Positions 18,569 through 27,604 of a stretch of 64,000 bases of DNA are shown here, piece by piece; the first letter of the stretch is position 1; each line of letters starts with the position of its first letter. The translations under genes and the position numbers were made by a program. The stretch is from Actinobacteria bacterium UBA4426. Its GTDB lineage: Bacteria; Actinomycetota; Actinomycetes; S36-B12. The DNA lies in assembly GCA_002390705.1 (NCBI GenBank), contig DGQA01000005.1, positions 162,791-226,790 on the forward strand. The letters run 5' to 3'. The notes below the pieces were generated by a model. That model did no database searches, was not told where the DNA came from, and saw only the letters and a list, made by a program, of their open reading frames with translations.

Positions 18569-19566
18569 CCACAACGTCAATTGGAATTGGCCTTCAGGGA
18601 AACTTATCTCCTGCGCAATACAAAGACATTGCGTTCACCGCTGACGAACTCGGTATCGACTACATCACGATGTTCGGGGATCTTATGTTTCAGCCACCCA
18701 TCCCACCATTAGTCGAAATGGCTGGAGTCACCAAATCAGTAATTTTAGGGCCTGCCTGCCTTAACCCATTTGCCACAGCTCCCCATGAAATTGCTGGTCA
18801 AATTGCCTATCTGGATCTTGTCTCAAAGGGACGCAGTTATCTGGGTCTAGCCCGCGGGACCTGGTTAAGTGGAGTGGGTATCTCTCAAGAACGGGCTGTC
18901 CTGGTCCTGCGTGAAGCTCTCGAAGTAATCCGCCGACTACTCGCTGGCGATCACACAGGTTGGGAAGGCGAGATTTACCGATTAGCACCGGGTATCGGAT
19001 TTGAGTTCACGCCACAGCGCTCAAGTATTCCCACTCTGATTGGAACCTGGGGGAAGCAAACCGCGCACCTAGCCGGACAAGTCGCCGACGAAGTGAAAAT
19101 TGGTGGGACGGCAAATCCACTAATGATCCCGGTCATGAGGGCCTACCTCGACGAGGGTGCACGCAGCGTGGGAAGAGACCCAAGCGAAGTAGGGGTTGTA
19201 GTCGGAGCAGTTACGGTGGTCGACGAAGACCACGAGGCCGCACGCGCACTTGCACGTAAAGAGGTAGCCATGTATCTGGCGGTTGTTGCGGATCTCGATT
19301 CAACAATTTCCCTCGACCCTGATTTAGTTGACCAGGTGCGGGCAAGGGTTGACGCGGGAGACAGGGCGGGCGCGGGCGTCCTTATCCCCGACAACGTTCT
19401 TGATCTATTTGCATTTTCGGGCTCACCCGAGCATGTTGGGCAACAGGTGCAAAGCTTGATTGATGCTGGTGCAAGCCGCGTGGAATTGGGTACTCCGCAA
19501 GGAATCAACACCGAACGTGGAGTGCGACTAATTGGCGAGCGAGTGCTTCCGCTACTGCGTCGTTGA
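18565..19566 (+). CDS. LLM class (luciferase-like) flavin/F420-dependent oxidoreductase
   Basis: 333 aa with the luciferase-like monooxygenase pattern (methylene-H4MPT reductase-like). Confidence 0.8.
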   Translation: MTTTSIGIGLQGNLSPAQYKDIAFTADELGIDYITMFGDLMFQPPIPPLVEMAGVTKSVILGPACLNPFATAPHEIAGQIAYLDLVSKGRSYLGLARGTWLSGVGISQERAVLVLREALEVIRRLLAGDHTGWEGEIYRLAPGIGFEFTPQRSSIPTLIGTWGKQTAHLAGQVADEVKIGGTANPLMIPVMRAYLDEGARSVGRDPSEVGVVVGAVTVVDEDHEAARALARKEVAMYLAVVADLDSTISLDPDLVDQVRARVDAGDRAGAGVLIPDNVLDLFAFSGSPEHVGQQVQSLIDAGASRVELGTPQGINTERGVRLIGERVLPLLRR

Positions 19567-20544
19567 TCAACGTAAATGAGGCAACACTTGTCTGCCCAGA
19601 ATGTCGATTGCCTCCAGCGGACTGGGGCCAAGGGGAGGGCCAAAGGATAAATGTTTTGCTCCCATTGCAACTAGTCCTTTGCACCGCTGAACAATTTCTT
19701 CGGAGGTACCAACTATTCCCAGACTCAGCATGGCATCCGTTACACGCGTGACCGCGGAATCGAGCCCTTCGTCTTCAACGAGTTGGGTCACGTACGCGAG
19801 TTCAGCCGGGTCAACTCCAGCTTTTGCCACCAGAGCTGGTGCAAATGCGCCGCCGTAGTAGGCAATTTTTTCGGCCATGGCGCGTCGGGCAAGATCCAAA
19901 TCTGTTCCGACTGAAACCCAGAAACATGCCGGTAGATCAATGTTGTCCATTGACCGACCAGCATTATGTGCACCATCTTGTACGATTTTTAGTACGTCAG
20001 CGAAATTCTCGGGCGGATACAGAAGGGGTAAACCGCCATCAGCAATCTCGCCAATCATTCGGGTCATTTTTGGGCTCATCGCACCAAGATAAATAGGTGC
20101 ATCTGCTGGGAAACGCAAATAGCCTTCGCTCGCCCAGTCATCGGAGAAGTCACGTGGTTTCTTTCCCTCAAGCAGGGATTTAATTGCCAAAAGAGCCGAA
20201 CGAGTAGTACCCAGCGGCTTCTCACGAGAAATGCCCGCCCATGACAAAAATGAGTCCGCACCGGCACCCAGCCCGAGAGCAAATCTACCTCCCGAAGCTT
20301 CAGACGCAGTCGCGGCCAGCATGGCCAATTCAGACGGGTGAATTGAGTAGGGATTCATAATCCCAATTCCGAATTGAATTCGACTAGTGGCCGAGTTCAC
20401 CATTCCTGCAATATAAGGAGCTGACCTGAGAAAAAGGTCGTTAGAAAACCAAAACTGATCAAACCCAGCTTGCTCCGACGCACAAGCCAACCCGACGATT
20501 TCTTCGGGAGTGAGGTCGTTATTGACACGTATTGAAAACTTCAT
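19567..20544 (-). CDS. LLM class flavin/F420-dependent oxidoreductase
   Basis: 325 aa with an LLM pattern (FDQFWFSNDLF, GLGAGA). Confidence 0.8.
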   Translation of the reverse strand: MKFSIRVNNDLTPEEIVGLACASEQAGFDQFWFSNDLFLRSAPYIAGMVNSATSRIQFGIGIMNPYSIHPSELAMLAATASEASGGRFALGLGAGADSFLSWAGISREKPLGTTRSALLAIKSLLEGKKPRDFSDDWASEGYLRFPADAPIYLGAMSPKMTRMIGEIADGGLPLLYPPENFADVLKIVQDGAHNAGRSMDNIDLPACFWVSVGTDLDLARRAMAEKIAYYGGAFAPALVAKAGVDPAELAYVTQLVEDEGLDSAVTRVTDAMLSLGIVGTSEEIVQRCKGLVAMGAKHLSFGPPLGPSPLEAIDILGRQVLPHLR

Positions 20545-20942
20545 TTACTCACTTCCTCGACAACCAGTGCCTCAATTTCGATTTCTACAAGAAACTCGCT
20601 CCCTACTAACGAATGCACGAACAGCGTCGTGTTGGCCGGTGCCGCTTCTCCCAACAGCTCCGCATGCGCTCGCGAAGCCTCGGCAGGATCAGACCCGGGG
20701 GCTAAGAACATGCGAGTCCGCAATATTCCTTCAATGCTCCCACCCAAATCAATAACAGCATCAATCCCACGGCCGAGGCAGTTGAGGGTTTGAGCGTATG
20801 TGCTGTCAGCACTTTCCGGTGAGAGCGAGTCAAGATCTGCCGTAGTTCCACTCACTGCAATATGTTGTCCGATACGGCTGGCTCTTGAGTATCCCGCGAT
20901 ACTTTGCCAGGCACTGGCGTCACGGAACCTCTTACTAATCAC
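20541..20942 (-). CDS. RidA/YjgF family protein
   Basis: 133 aa with the Rid-family pattern (IAVSGTTA..., C-terminal VEIEIEA). A 4-nt overlap with the LLM gene. Confidence 0.7.
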   Translation of the reverse strand: MISKRFRDASAWQSIAGYSRASRIGQHIAVSGTTADLDSLSPESADSTYAQTLNCLGRGIDAVIDLGGSIEGILRTRMFLAPGSDPAEASRAHAELLGEAAPANTTLFVHSLVGSEFLVEIEIEALVVEEVSK

Positions 20943-21287
20943 TCCCCTAGTCTGCCAGATGCCGCACAGCCGTTAGGCGAACCATGGATTTTTTTCTCGT
21001 TAATTAGCGAGATCTATGCAGACTCATCAAGGCAATCACAGTTTTGCACAGTGGCTGGTGCGGCGGGTGGAAGGTGATGGATTTTCTTAACGAGATGCTC
21101 CCCAAAAGCGAACGTTCGCCTTTTTGTAAAGACCAGAATTCGCAAGGAAGAGGTAGGTCGCAGCGAGTTGTCCTCGCCCAGAACCCCAACAGTCGTGAAT
21201 TTGATCTGGATTTGGTATGGGCCATGGCATAACGTGGTTTGACGCACGGCTCGTGCCTTAGTGAGCGGCAGCATGAATGACGACTAG

Positions 21288-21563
21288 GTGCAGGTCCGAC
21301 AATCCCGCACTAGCCCAGTTGACTTGTCAGGGTGGACGTTGCGCGATGGGGCTAATCTTTTCGACAGATCCGGTAATGATCGCCTGCGAAGACAGTACCC
21401 CTGCACAGCATCATGTAAGAATTATCCCTCTTTCGCACTGATCGCTATGAACGCGATTTATCTCGGCCGAGGGAATGGAAAGAAACATTCATGCATCGAG
21501 AAGGCGCCGCGACACTTGTTTGCGATTACGAGGCCGTCAGTGCTGAACAGAGCTGGTAACTAG
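21288..21563 (+). pseudogene. possible remnant of a lamin-tail-domain (LTD) protein
   Basis: VQVRQSRTSPVDLSGWTLRD...IYLGRGNG...VLNRAGN loosely follows the LTD pattern (V.L.N.G...V.L.GW.L.D ... G.G ... WNN.GD). It is truncated at both ends, with an in-frame TAG immediately upstream. Confidence 0.3.
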
Positions 21564-21605
21564 GTGTGACTGTTGTCGCTCAACACGCATCCGGCGATAA
21601 ATATG

Positions 21606-21645
21606 ACACGTTTGGATCTGAGGATTTCCCCAGATCCAAACGTGT
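21606..21645 (-). terminator. 15-bp perfect hairpin downstream of the 21669-22046 gene
   Basis: acacgtttggatctg (21606-21620) pairs with cagatccaaacgtgt (21631-21645) around a 10-nt loop. The minus-strand continuation is CAUAUUUAU. Confidence 0.5.
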
Positions 21646-21668
21646 TCATTACAATGAGCAAGAATTTT

Positions 21669-22046
21669 TTACCAGTAAACGGAGTACAAAAGACTCGCCG
21701 TGACAGCAATTGAAATAATCAAGATCAGGCCCCGGTACATTTTCCAGGGAGCCTTCAGGAACTGTTTTGCGATTTCTGTTTCGCTATCGGCTCCCGAGAT
21801 ATCTTTAGTGCCTGCCTCCGCGTCCGCAATGGCTCCATCATTCCATAGCCAGAGCATGAGATTCAGAGCGACTGTGATGATTCCGAATGCTACTTTTGCA
21901 TCGTGCGAACCATCGTGGCCTAATACGTCACTCCCAATGACCACGAGTCCCAATAGCAGGAGATTCGCGAAAACAAAAATCACGAATCCGCCAAGGACAT
22001 CTCGGTCCCGAACTTTAGCCCAACCAACTGAGAATTCATTCGTCAT
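21669..22046 (-). CDS. hypothetical membrane protein (about 3 TM)
   Basis: 125-aa ORF with clear hydrophobic segments. No family recognised. Confidence 0.5.
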   Translation of the reverse strand: MTNEFSVGWAKVRDRDVLGGFVIFVFANLLLLGLVVIGSDVLGHDGSHDAKVAFGIITVALNLMLWLWNDGAIADAEAGTKDISGADSETEIAKQFLKAPWKMYRGLILIISIAVTASLLYSVYW

Positions 22047-22310
22047 ATTTCATCAACCCTTTCATGAGAATTCCTCCAATGAATTACTCATCCTTAATCT
22101 AGTGCCTCTGGGCTGTAAAGCTTGTATTCAGGGAATTTGTCACAAGATTACGCCGCATCAATCTCTCACCGAGTCTCAGGATATTCCATCTTCGAGACGC
22201 ATCAAGCTGACTCTTTTGATCAAGTGATTTGCCGCGCAATCTCGGCTTTCTTTAAGCGACACCTACAGCGTAAACGCGGTCAAGGGGTTGATTTCGTAAA
22301 TTTTCGAATA

Positions 22311-22637
22311 TTACGCGCCAGGTGCGCGGTAGCCCGGAACCTTGGCACGTGCTTCATCAAGCTGTTCCGCCGTCCATAACTGAGTTATAGAATTCACACG
22401 CGCCGCACCTGAGGAGTCCACCGCCATCCAAAGGGCAGCCAGATTGTCGCTATTTGGCACATCAACGGTGACAAAGAAGTGGTCTTCTCCTCCGGCCGCC
22501 CAATATGCGGATACCAGCGATCCACCCAGATGCTGAGTCAATCCGTCAATAATATTGCGCCTGGATACGGCCCCTTCCTCAGTAAGTCCCTTTACTCCCT
22601 CAGCCGAGTACGACCCGGTAATCATGAAAATAGTCAT
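22311..22637 (-). CDS. GYD domain-containing protein
   Basis: MTIFMITGSYSAEGVKGL... fits the GYD-family layout. The ATG at 22637 is preceded by GGAGG. Confidence 0.6.
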   Translation of the reverse strand: MTIFMITGSYSAEGVKGLTEEGAVSRRNIIDGLTQHLGGSLVSAYWAAGGEDHFFVTVDVPNSDNLAALWMAVDSSGAARVNSITQLWTAEQLDEARAKVPGYRAPGA

Positions 22638-23121
22638 CTTGTCCTCCATTCAATTGCATCCTGTGTCAGCAGCTTCCTTCGAAAAGCTAATTGCCTTTCC
22701 CTTTTTTTGGCACCAAAGGATATGTCGCCATAGAGCAAAACCTGCCTGCTCCCCGAACACGTCAAAGGCCTGCATGTATTCCCACGTATGGAACTTTCAC
22801 GAGGATGCTCTCACAAAATACAAGAGGTGTCTGGAAAAACGAATATTTCATCCCGTACTTTTTACAATCGTGCCTACACACTCAATAATGGGCTCACCTC
22901 GCAGCCATATTCGGCGTCATTACACATGTCGCCCTGCTAGTCATAATCTGTATTTGGAAAATTCGACGACCGGCTTCCCCTGAAAATTATGACGCTCTAT
23001 TCAGCGGTCGCGGTCGCATAAAAACTTTTAGGGAGCTTTGCGCACTGTGCCATCTAGGTGGGCTGCCGCGACTGCACCGCCTGCGCGTACGCTACAACTA
23101 CTGCGACACTAAGGAGTTTCC

Positions 23122-23682
23122 ATGGACGTTCGAACTACATCGACCACCCTCACGCAAACACACCGCGAGGCAGGGGCCTCGGTATCGCCACCGACCACAG
23201 TCGTGACGGCAACTGTTGTAGTGAACAATCCGCTCGCCGGGCAAGGTTTGGTTCAGGACTTGTCTTCATTGGAACAGCTTGGTAACGAAGCGGCAGCACT
23301 TCTCATCGACATGGCCACAGCTTCTCTGGCTTGTGTCGGCATCTCAGCTACGCAGGTCCGCGGTTACGGCAAGGGAGCGATCGTCGGAGTTGATGGGGAT
23401 CGCGAACACACAGCAGCGGTGCTTCACCCACGATTTGGAGCACCCGTGCGCGCGGCAATCGGCGGTGGTACCGACATCATTCCCGGAACGAAAAAAGTGG
23501 GGGGTCCCGGAGCGCACATCACCGTGCCGATTGGAAACAAAGACGATCGATGGGTCTTCGACGACATGGACTCGATTGATGTGTCACTGCCAGATGCACC
23601 ACGCCCCGATGAAATCATGATCTCGCTCGCACTCAGTATTGGCGGGCGGCCCCATGCAAGGGTGCAAAAGCCAACGTCCTGA
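23122..23682 (+). CDS. 'amino acid synthesis' family protein (DUF1185/AA_synth)
   Basis: YGKGAIVGVDGDREHTAAVLHPRFG...GGPGAHITVP...LPDAPRPDEIMISLALSIGGRPHARV matches the family pattern as I recall it. Confidence 0.65.
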   Translation: MDVRTTSTTLTQTHREAGASVSPPTTVVTATVVVNNPLAGQGLVQDLSSLEQLGNEAAALLIDMATASLACVGISATQVRGYGKGAIVGVDGDREHTAAVLHPRFGAPVRAAIGGGTDIIPGTKKVGGPGAHITVPIGNKDDRWVFDDMDSIDVSLPDAPRPDEIMISLALSIGGRPHARVQKPTS

Positions 23683-23728
23683 TACGCACGTACGAAAAGG
23701 AAATGACTCATGAGAATTGGAGCAATTA

Positions 23729-24040
23729 ATGTTTAAGGCAATGATCGTGCTGACCCGACGCGAAGACATGACCCACGCAGAGTTTGCTCAATGGTGGCTG
23801 CAAGGTCATGACTCGATGGCTGCCGCTCTCCCCAAAATTCGCAAAGTAGTTTTTAACGAAGTCGCTGATGGCTTTGACGAGGCGGGCGTCGACGGTGTTG
23901 CTGAACTCTGGTTTGACACTCGCGAAGACTTTGATGCGGCCTATGCGACTGAGATTGGTAAGGCCACCGCCCAAGATTCACTCGATCACGTGAGTAGTCG
24001 CGTTCGACTCATAGTGAGCGAAAACACAATTGTTGCTTAG
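23729..24040 (+). CDS. EthD family protein
   Basis: MFKAMIVLTRREDMTHAEFAQWW is an EthD-type N-terminus. The ATG at 23729 is preceded by GGAG. Confidence 0.6.
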   Translation: MFKAMIVLTRREDMTHAEFAQWWLQGHDSMAAALPKIRKVVFNEVADGFDEAGVDGVAELWFDTREDFDAAYATEIGKATAQDSLDHVSSRVRLIVSENTIVA

Positions 24041-24116
24041 AGGGAGAGTCCCCCCCGAACTACATGACATTGACCTGATTTTCCAGTAGCCTAAAACTTC
24101 CTAGGAGGTCTCACAT

Positions 24117-25358
24117 ATGCGTACATCACGACTTTTGGCGGCCAGTGCCGCTCTCGTCTTGACCATGACTGGGGTTTTTGCCCCGGCTAGTCATTCCGCC
24201 CCCATCTCTGGTCGGGATTGGGTTGCCACTCCTAATGGACTAGTCGGCGTGCAACAAATGGTGATTGTGCGGGCATCAGGCCAAGCCGGTGCGATGGCTG
24301 TCGTGACCTTCCAAAACACGTCCGCCGGCACCAATGCGGGCCAAGCCGCGGTCAACTCCCAAGGTTTTGCCTACCTTCCTTGGCAACCTGGCGCGCCCGG
24401 TGCATGGGATATTTCGGCCAAGGTTGGCGGATCAGCGGTCGGAACTGCTTCGATCGTGGTTGCAGCTATGCCCACTACGACGAGACTCCTCTCTGCAATT
24501 CAAGTTCGAGCGCTTCAGGCGGCCACTTTGGTTGCTCAGGTTCGCGCTGTCGGTGGCGAGATCACGCCCAGCGGAACAATTGCTGTCCGCAATCAATCCA
24601 ACGCGATCGTCGCCTCCGGGACCCTGTCGTCCACAACCACTCCGGGGCTCGCTTCCGCCAATATTGCCTGGACACCTAGTCCGGGTTCGGCAATTCTTAC
24701 CGCCACCTACACCCCAGACACTAATTCGTTCGGCACATCCACCTCGCCCATTGCAACCCCAACCGTAACCGGTGGTGTGGCGGTCTCCCTTCGACTTCCA
24801 CAGGTTTCTTATCTTGGCGTCACCGAAACAATCGAAGCGGTTATCCAGCCAACCTTTCAAAGCCCACTGGGGGGCAGCGTGGCTTTTAGTTTAGAAATCG
24901 ACGGATTTCCTTTCTTTCCGATGGGTGGCTCACGTGGGATCAGTAATGGTGTGGGATCGACCACCTGGACGCCCACCCAGATTGGTCCCCAAACTGTCAT
25001 TGTTCAATATGCATCAGCAAACTTCGCGATCAACGGCACCAATCGCCAAATTTTCAATGTCCAGCCTGCCCCAACTCCCGATAGAATCACAATTACGCCT
25101 GCAGGCGCGAGCGCCTGGGGGCCTGGCGTAGTGGGCACTCTTACTGCGGGAAATTCCGTAGCTCTGACTCCTGCTGCCCTATCGGGAAACCCTGTCCCTT
25201 TGAGTACCGATGGGCCATGCGTGATTAGTGCTGGGGTCGTGACCGTCTTGGGACCAGGCACGTGCGTTATCGCTGCAACGTCACTTGGTAATGGCGGGTC
25301 TTTAGCAGCTAGTTCTGCGAACTACTTGATTAACGTGCAAGCAGCAAAAAAGAAGTAG
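24117..25358 (+). CDS. secreted protein with bacterial Ig-like repeats
   Basis: Signal peptide MRTSRLLAASAALVLTMTGVFAPASHSA. Thr/Ser/Gly/Ala/Val-rich modules of roughly 90-100 aa with ATYTPD-type strands. AGGAGG lies upstream of the ATG. Confidence 0.6.
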   Translation: MRTSRLLAASAALVLTMTGVFAPASHSAPISGRDWVATPNGLVGVQQMVIVRASGQAGAMAVVTFQNTSAGTNAGQAAVNSQGFAYLPWQPGAPGAWDISAKVGGSAVGTASIVVAAMPTTTRLLSAIQVRALQAATLVAQVRAVGGEITPSGTIAVRNQSNAIVASGTLSSTTTPGLASANIAWTPSPGSAILTATYTPDTNSFGTSTSPIATPTVTGGVAVSLRLPQVSYLGVTETIEAVIQPTFQSPLGGSVAFSLEIDGFPFFPMGGSRGISNGVGSTTWTPTQIGPQTVIVQYASANFAINGTNRQIFNVQPAPTPDRITITPAGASAWGPGVVGTLTAGNSVALTPAALSGNPVPLSTDGPCVISAGVVTVLGPGTCVIAATSLGNGGSLAASSANYLINVQAAKKK

Positions 25359-25441
25359 CGCGCAAAAGTTCGCTGAGAATCCTGATCTGCAACCCCAAGC
25401 GTGTGTATTGAAGACCCGTTACATACCGAGTTCGATGTAGT

Positions 25442-25960
25442 TTATTCCCGAACCTCGCCACGTACCTCGCGGTAACCCACGGACACAACAGTTTCCACTG
25501 AATTTAAGTCACGACCGGTCATGCGCACTTTGTATGTGCCCGCGACGGCACGCTTTTTAATTCGTGACAAATAAAGGTAGTTGGTGCCGCCATAAGGCTC
25601 ATAGAATTCTGTCCGTTCACCAATGACCATCCGGGTCACTTTGCCCGAGGGATCAGTAACGGTCACTCGTGGCAGCGCCGATGAACGTAACCGGTTTGCC
25701 GGTGCTTCGTCAACAATCAGCAGCTGGACGGCAAGGGTGTCACCGTCATCGAGTTGGAACCGAAATCCGCGTCGGTCACCCCGTGACAGGTCCGCTCGTA
25801 CGGCAAAGGAAACTGTGCCATCGACCAATAAAGGCCCTCGCGCCGGAGTGCGGTCCCGTTCGTTCAGGTTGACACCTTGGTGGGCATTGACCGCAGGCGC
25901 CATCAACGCCCCAGCGACCAGCAAGGCTGCAAATACGGACACTCTTCCACGCTTGTTCAC
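25442..25960 (-). CDS. secreted hypothetical protein
   Basis: The signal peptide ends in AVNA followed by HQG. The remainder is beta-rich. No family recognised. Confidence 0.55.
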   Translation of the reverse strand: MNKRGRVSVFAALLVAGALMAPAVNAHQGVNLNERDRTPARGPLLVDGTVSFAVRADLSRGDRRGFRFQLDDGDTLAVQLLIVDEAPANRLRSSALPRVTVTDPSGKVTRMVIGERTEFYEPYGGTNYLYLSRIKKRAVAGTYKVRMTGRDLNSVETVVSVGYREVRGEVRE

Positions 25961-26204
25961 ACCTTAACCTTGCCATAGGTTGAGGACACGTGCCTGAGAA
26001 AGAATCTCCATCGCATGGGATTCTCGTGTCACAACTGCGCCTCGCTCTCACCGGATGTGAACCTAAGTTCCGTGGTATCCCTGCTCGTACATTTAGTCGA
26101 TGAAGGCGTACAACCCGTTACAGGGGATATCTATCCGGATACTTTTATCTTCGGAGACTTCCTCGACGGTAGCGAGGTCTCCCTGCCACGCCACGCAGCT
26201 CCCA

Positions 26205-26714
26205 CTATTTCAATAGCCTAAACACGTGTCTAAAGGTTCCATCCGCGTTCTTTCGCGTTATCACTTCACCGCTTGCTCCGATGTACTTACCGGTTCCACC
26301 AATAATTGCGATTTTTGACGGTCTTTGGACTGGCAATTCCCTGTCCGTGGATTCGTATTCCCCGGTTCCATTAGCGATGATCTGTCCACCCTTAAGCATG
26401 AAGGAGATATTACGAAACCGGATTTCAGAGCCGGTTGCGCCAATCTCAAGATCAGTCAAGAATCCAGCAACGTTGCCCGCAGATTTGCCTGCCTTTGTCG
26501 TCAGCGGTGCGCTAAAAATGACTATAGATTCGATGTCCTGCCCCACCATCGTGGTCAGCACATCGATCTTGGGGACTCCTTGATTAAGAACCAAGGTGGT
26601 GTACTTCTTTGTTACCGGAGCCGCGACTGGTTGTTGAGCGATCGCCGGCCCACTCGCCACCGCGGAAACTAAGGCAAGCGTCACAAAGCCTGTTGCAAGT
26701 TTTCTAAATTTCAT
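26205..26714 (-). CDS. secreted protein, dirigent/allene-oxide-cyclase-barrel-like (tentative)
   Basis: Signal peptide present. IIGGTGKYIGASGEV resembles the dirigent-like GGTGxFxxAxG motif. Confidence 0.45.
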   Translation of the reverse strand: MKFRKLATGFVTLALVSAVASGPAIAQQPVAAPVTKKYTTLVLNQGVPKIDVLTTMVGQDIESIVIFSAPLTTKAGKSAGNVAGFLTDLEIGATGSEIRFRNISFMLKGGQIIANGTGEYESTDRELPVQRPSKIAIIGGTGKYIGASGEVITRKNADGTFRHVFRLLK

Positions 26715-26868
26715 TTTTTCTCCTTATTAAGGTCGGACGCGAAGCACAGTCGGGATCAGTCCGCCACACTACCGGGAGTGCCCTCCGATTGAGGGGGTGG
26801 GAGCATACTCGTGCCTTCAAAATTGAGCTGCTCGCGACCTTCACCGCATTCGCTCCTAATTCGCTCAT

Positions 26869-27219
26869 CTATGCAGGAATCGTGTCGGAGTCGGGTTCTA
26901 GGTATGAGAGTAGGGCTGCGGCGAAAAGCACGACTGCCAAGCCGACAAGGACAAAGGCCTTGGGGTCAACGAACAGCCCCAACAGGGAGTCCGAGACCAA
27001 AACAAATACCGCCAGCCACACATTAATGCTGGAGCCTCGGTTCGTGGTGATCGAGATCAAAGCATGTGCACTGCCCAATGCGAAGGCCACAATTACCACC
27101 AGCACAACATGACCAGAAAAATTTCCAAGGACAGATGCGATAAGAACTGATCCCCAAAAAATAGTACCGATCCAGGCAAGCGCGTGGACAATTAATGAAG
27201 TGATGCGGCTTTTAGTCAT
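26869..27219 (-). CDS. hypothetical membrane protein (about 4 TM)
   Basis: 116-aa hydrophobic ORF. No family recognised. Confidence 0.45.
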   Translation of the reverse strand: MTKSRITSLIVHALAWIGTIFWGSVLIASVLGNFSGHVVLVVIVAFALGSAHALISITTNRGSSINVWLAVFVLVSDSLLGLFVDPKAFVLVGLAVVLFAAALLSYLEPDSDTIPA

Positions 27220-27604
27220 GCAGTCACACTATCTTCCCAGCGGTCGCGAGCCAGCTAAAAATTCACCATCAAAATCAGGTCGCCGTGCCACAGGATCATT
27301 CTCGCATTCACAAATGATTCCTGAAATCACGAGCGACGACACCTCTCGGAGCAATGTTTTACGTGATCCCAATCACGGGCCCACTTCTTACGCCATTCGA
27401 ATGGCAACCCGCAGATAACACATATTTTGGGTGAAAATCCGTTTTTTTTCTGTGCTTTACGAACCACAAGAAAAGAATACCCCTCCCCTTGTGATTGCAC
27501 TGTCCCCGCACTTCGGGTTCCTTAATTGGCTTCCCTCCAGCGCTAAATGGGCCAACATCCGTGTTCGCGTGGTGCACTGGCTGTCCAGGGGCCACACTTC
27601 TCCC

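Noticed and set aside
19143-19670. 175-aa minus-strand ORF
   Set aside because: It is antisense to the 3' part of the LLM oxidoreductase (18565-19566), with a Ser/Arg/Thr/Pro-rich shadow-ORF composition. The real minus-strand gene starts its stop at 19567.
20943-21668. Possible tmRNA / RNase P RNA / SRP RNA in the long gap
   Set aside because: I looked for the hallmark strings (tRNA-like ...TCCACCA 3' end with a tag ORF ending ALAA, the GAGGAAAGTCC P4 element, the SRP GGAA tetraloop helix) and found none. This check was by eye only, not a covariance-model search.
24334-24860. Several 99-144-aa ORFs on both strands inside the Ig-like secreted protein gene
   Set aside because: They are alternative-frame or antisense ORFs in a compositionally biased gene. 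Only the 24117-25358 frame has a signal peptide, an SD (AGGAGG) and a modular protein-like sequence.
27431-27604. 58-codon N-terminal extension of the blh ORF
   Set aside because: The extension has no similarity to Blh proteins as I recall them (about 280-340 aa) and starts in a T-rich tract. Internal ATGs at 27605 or 27677 give a normal-length protein. The exact start remains uncertain.
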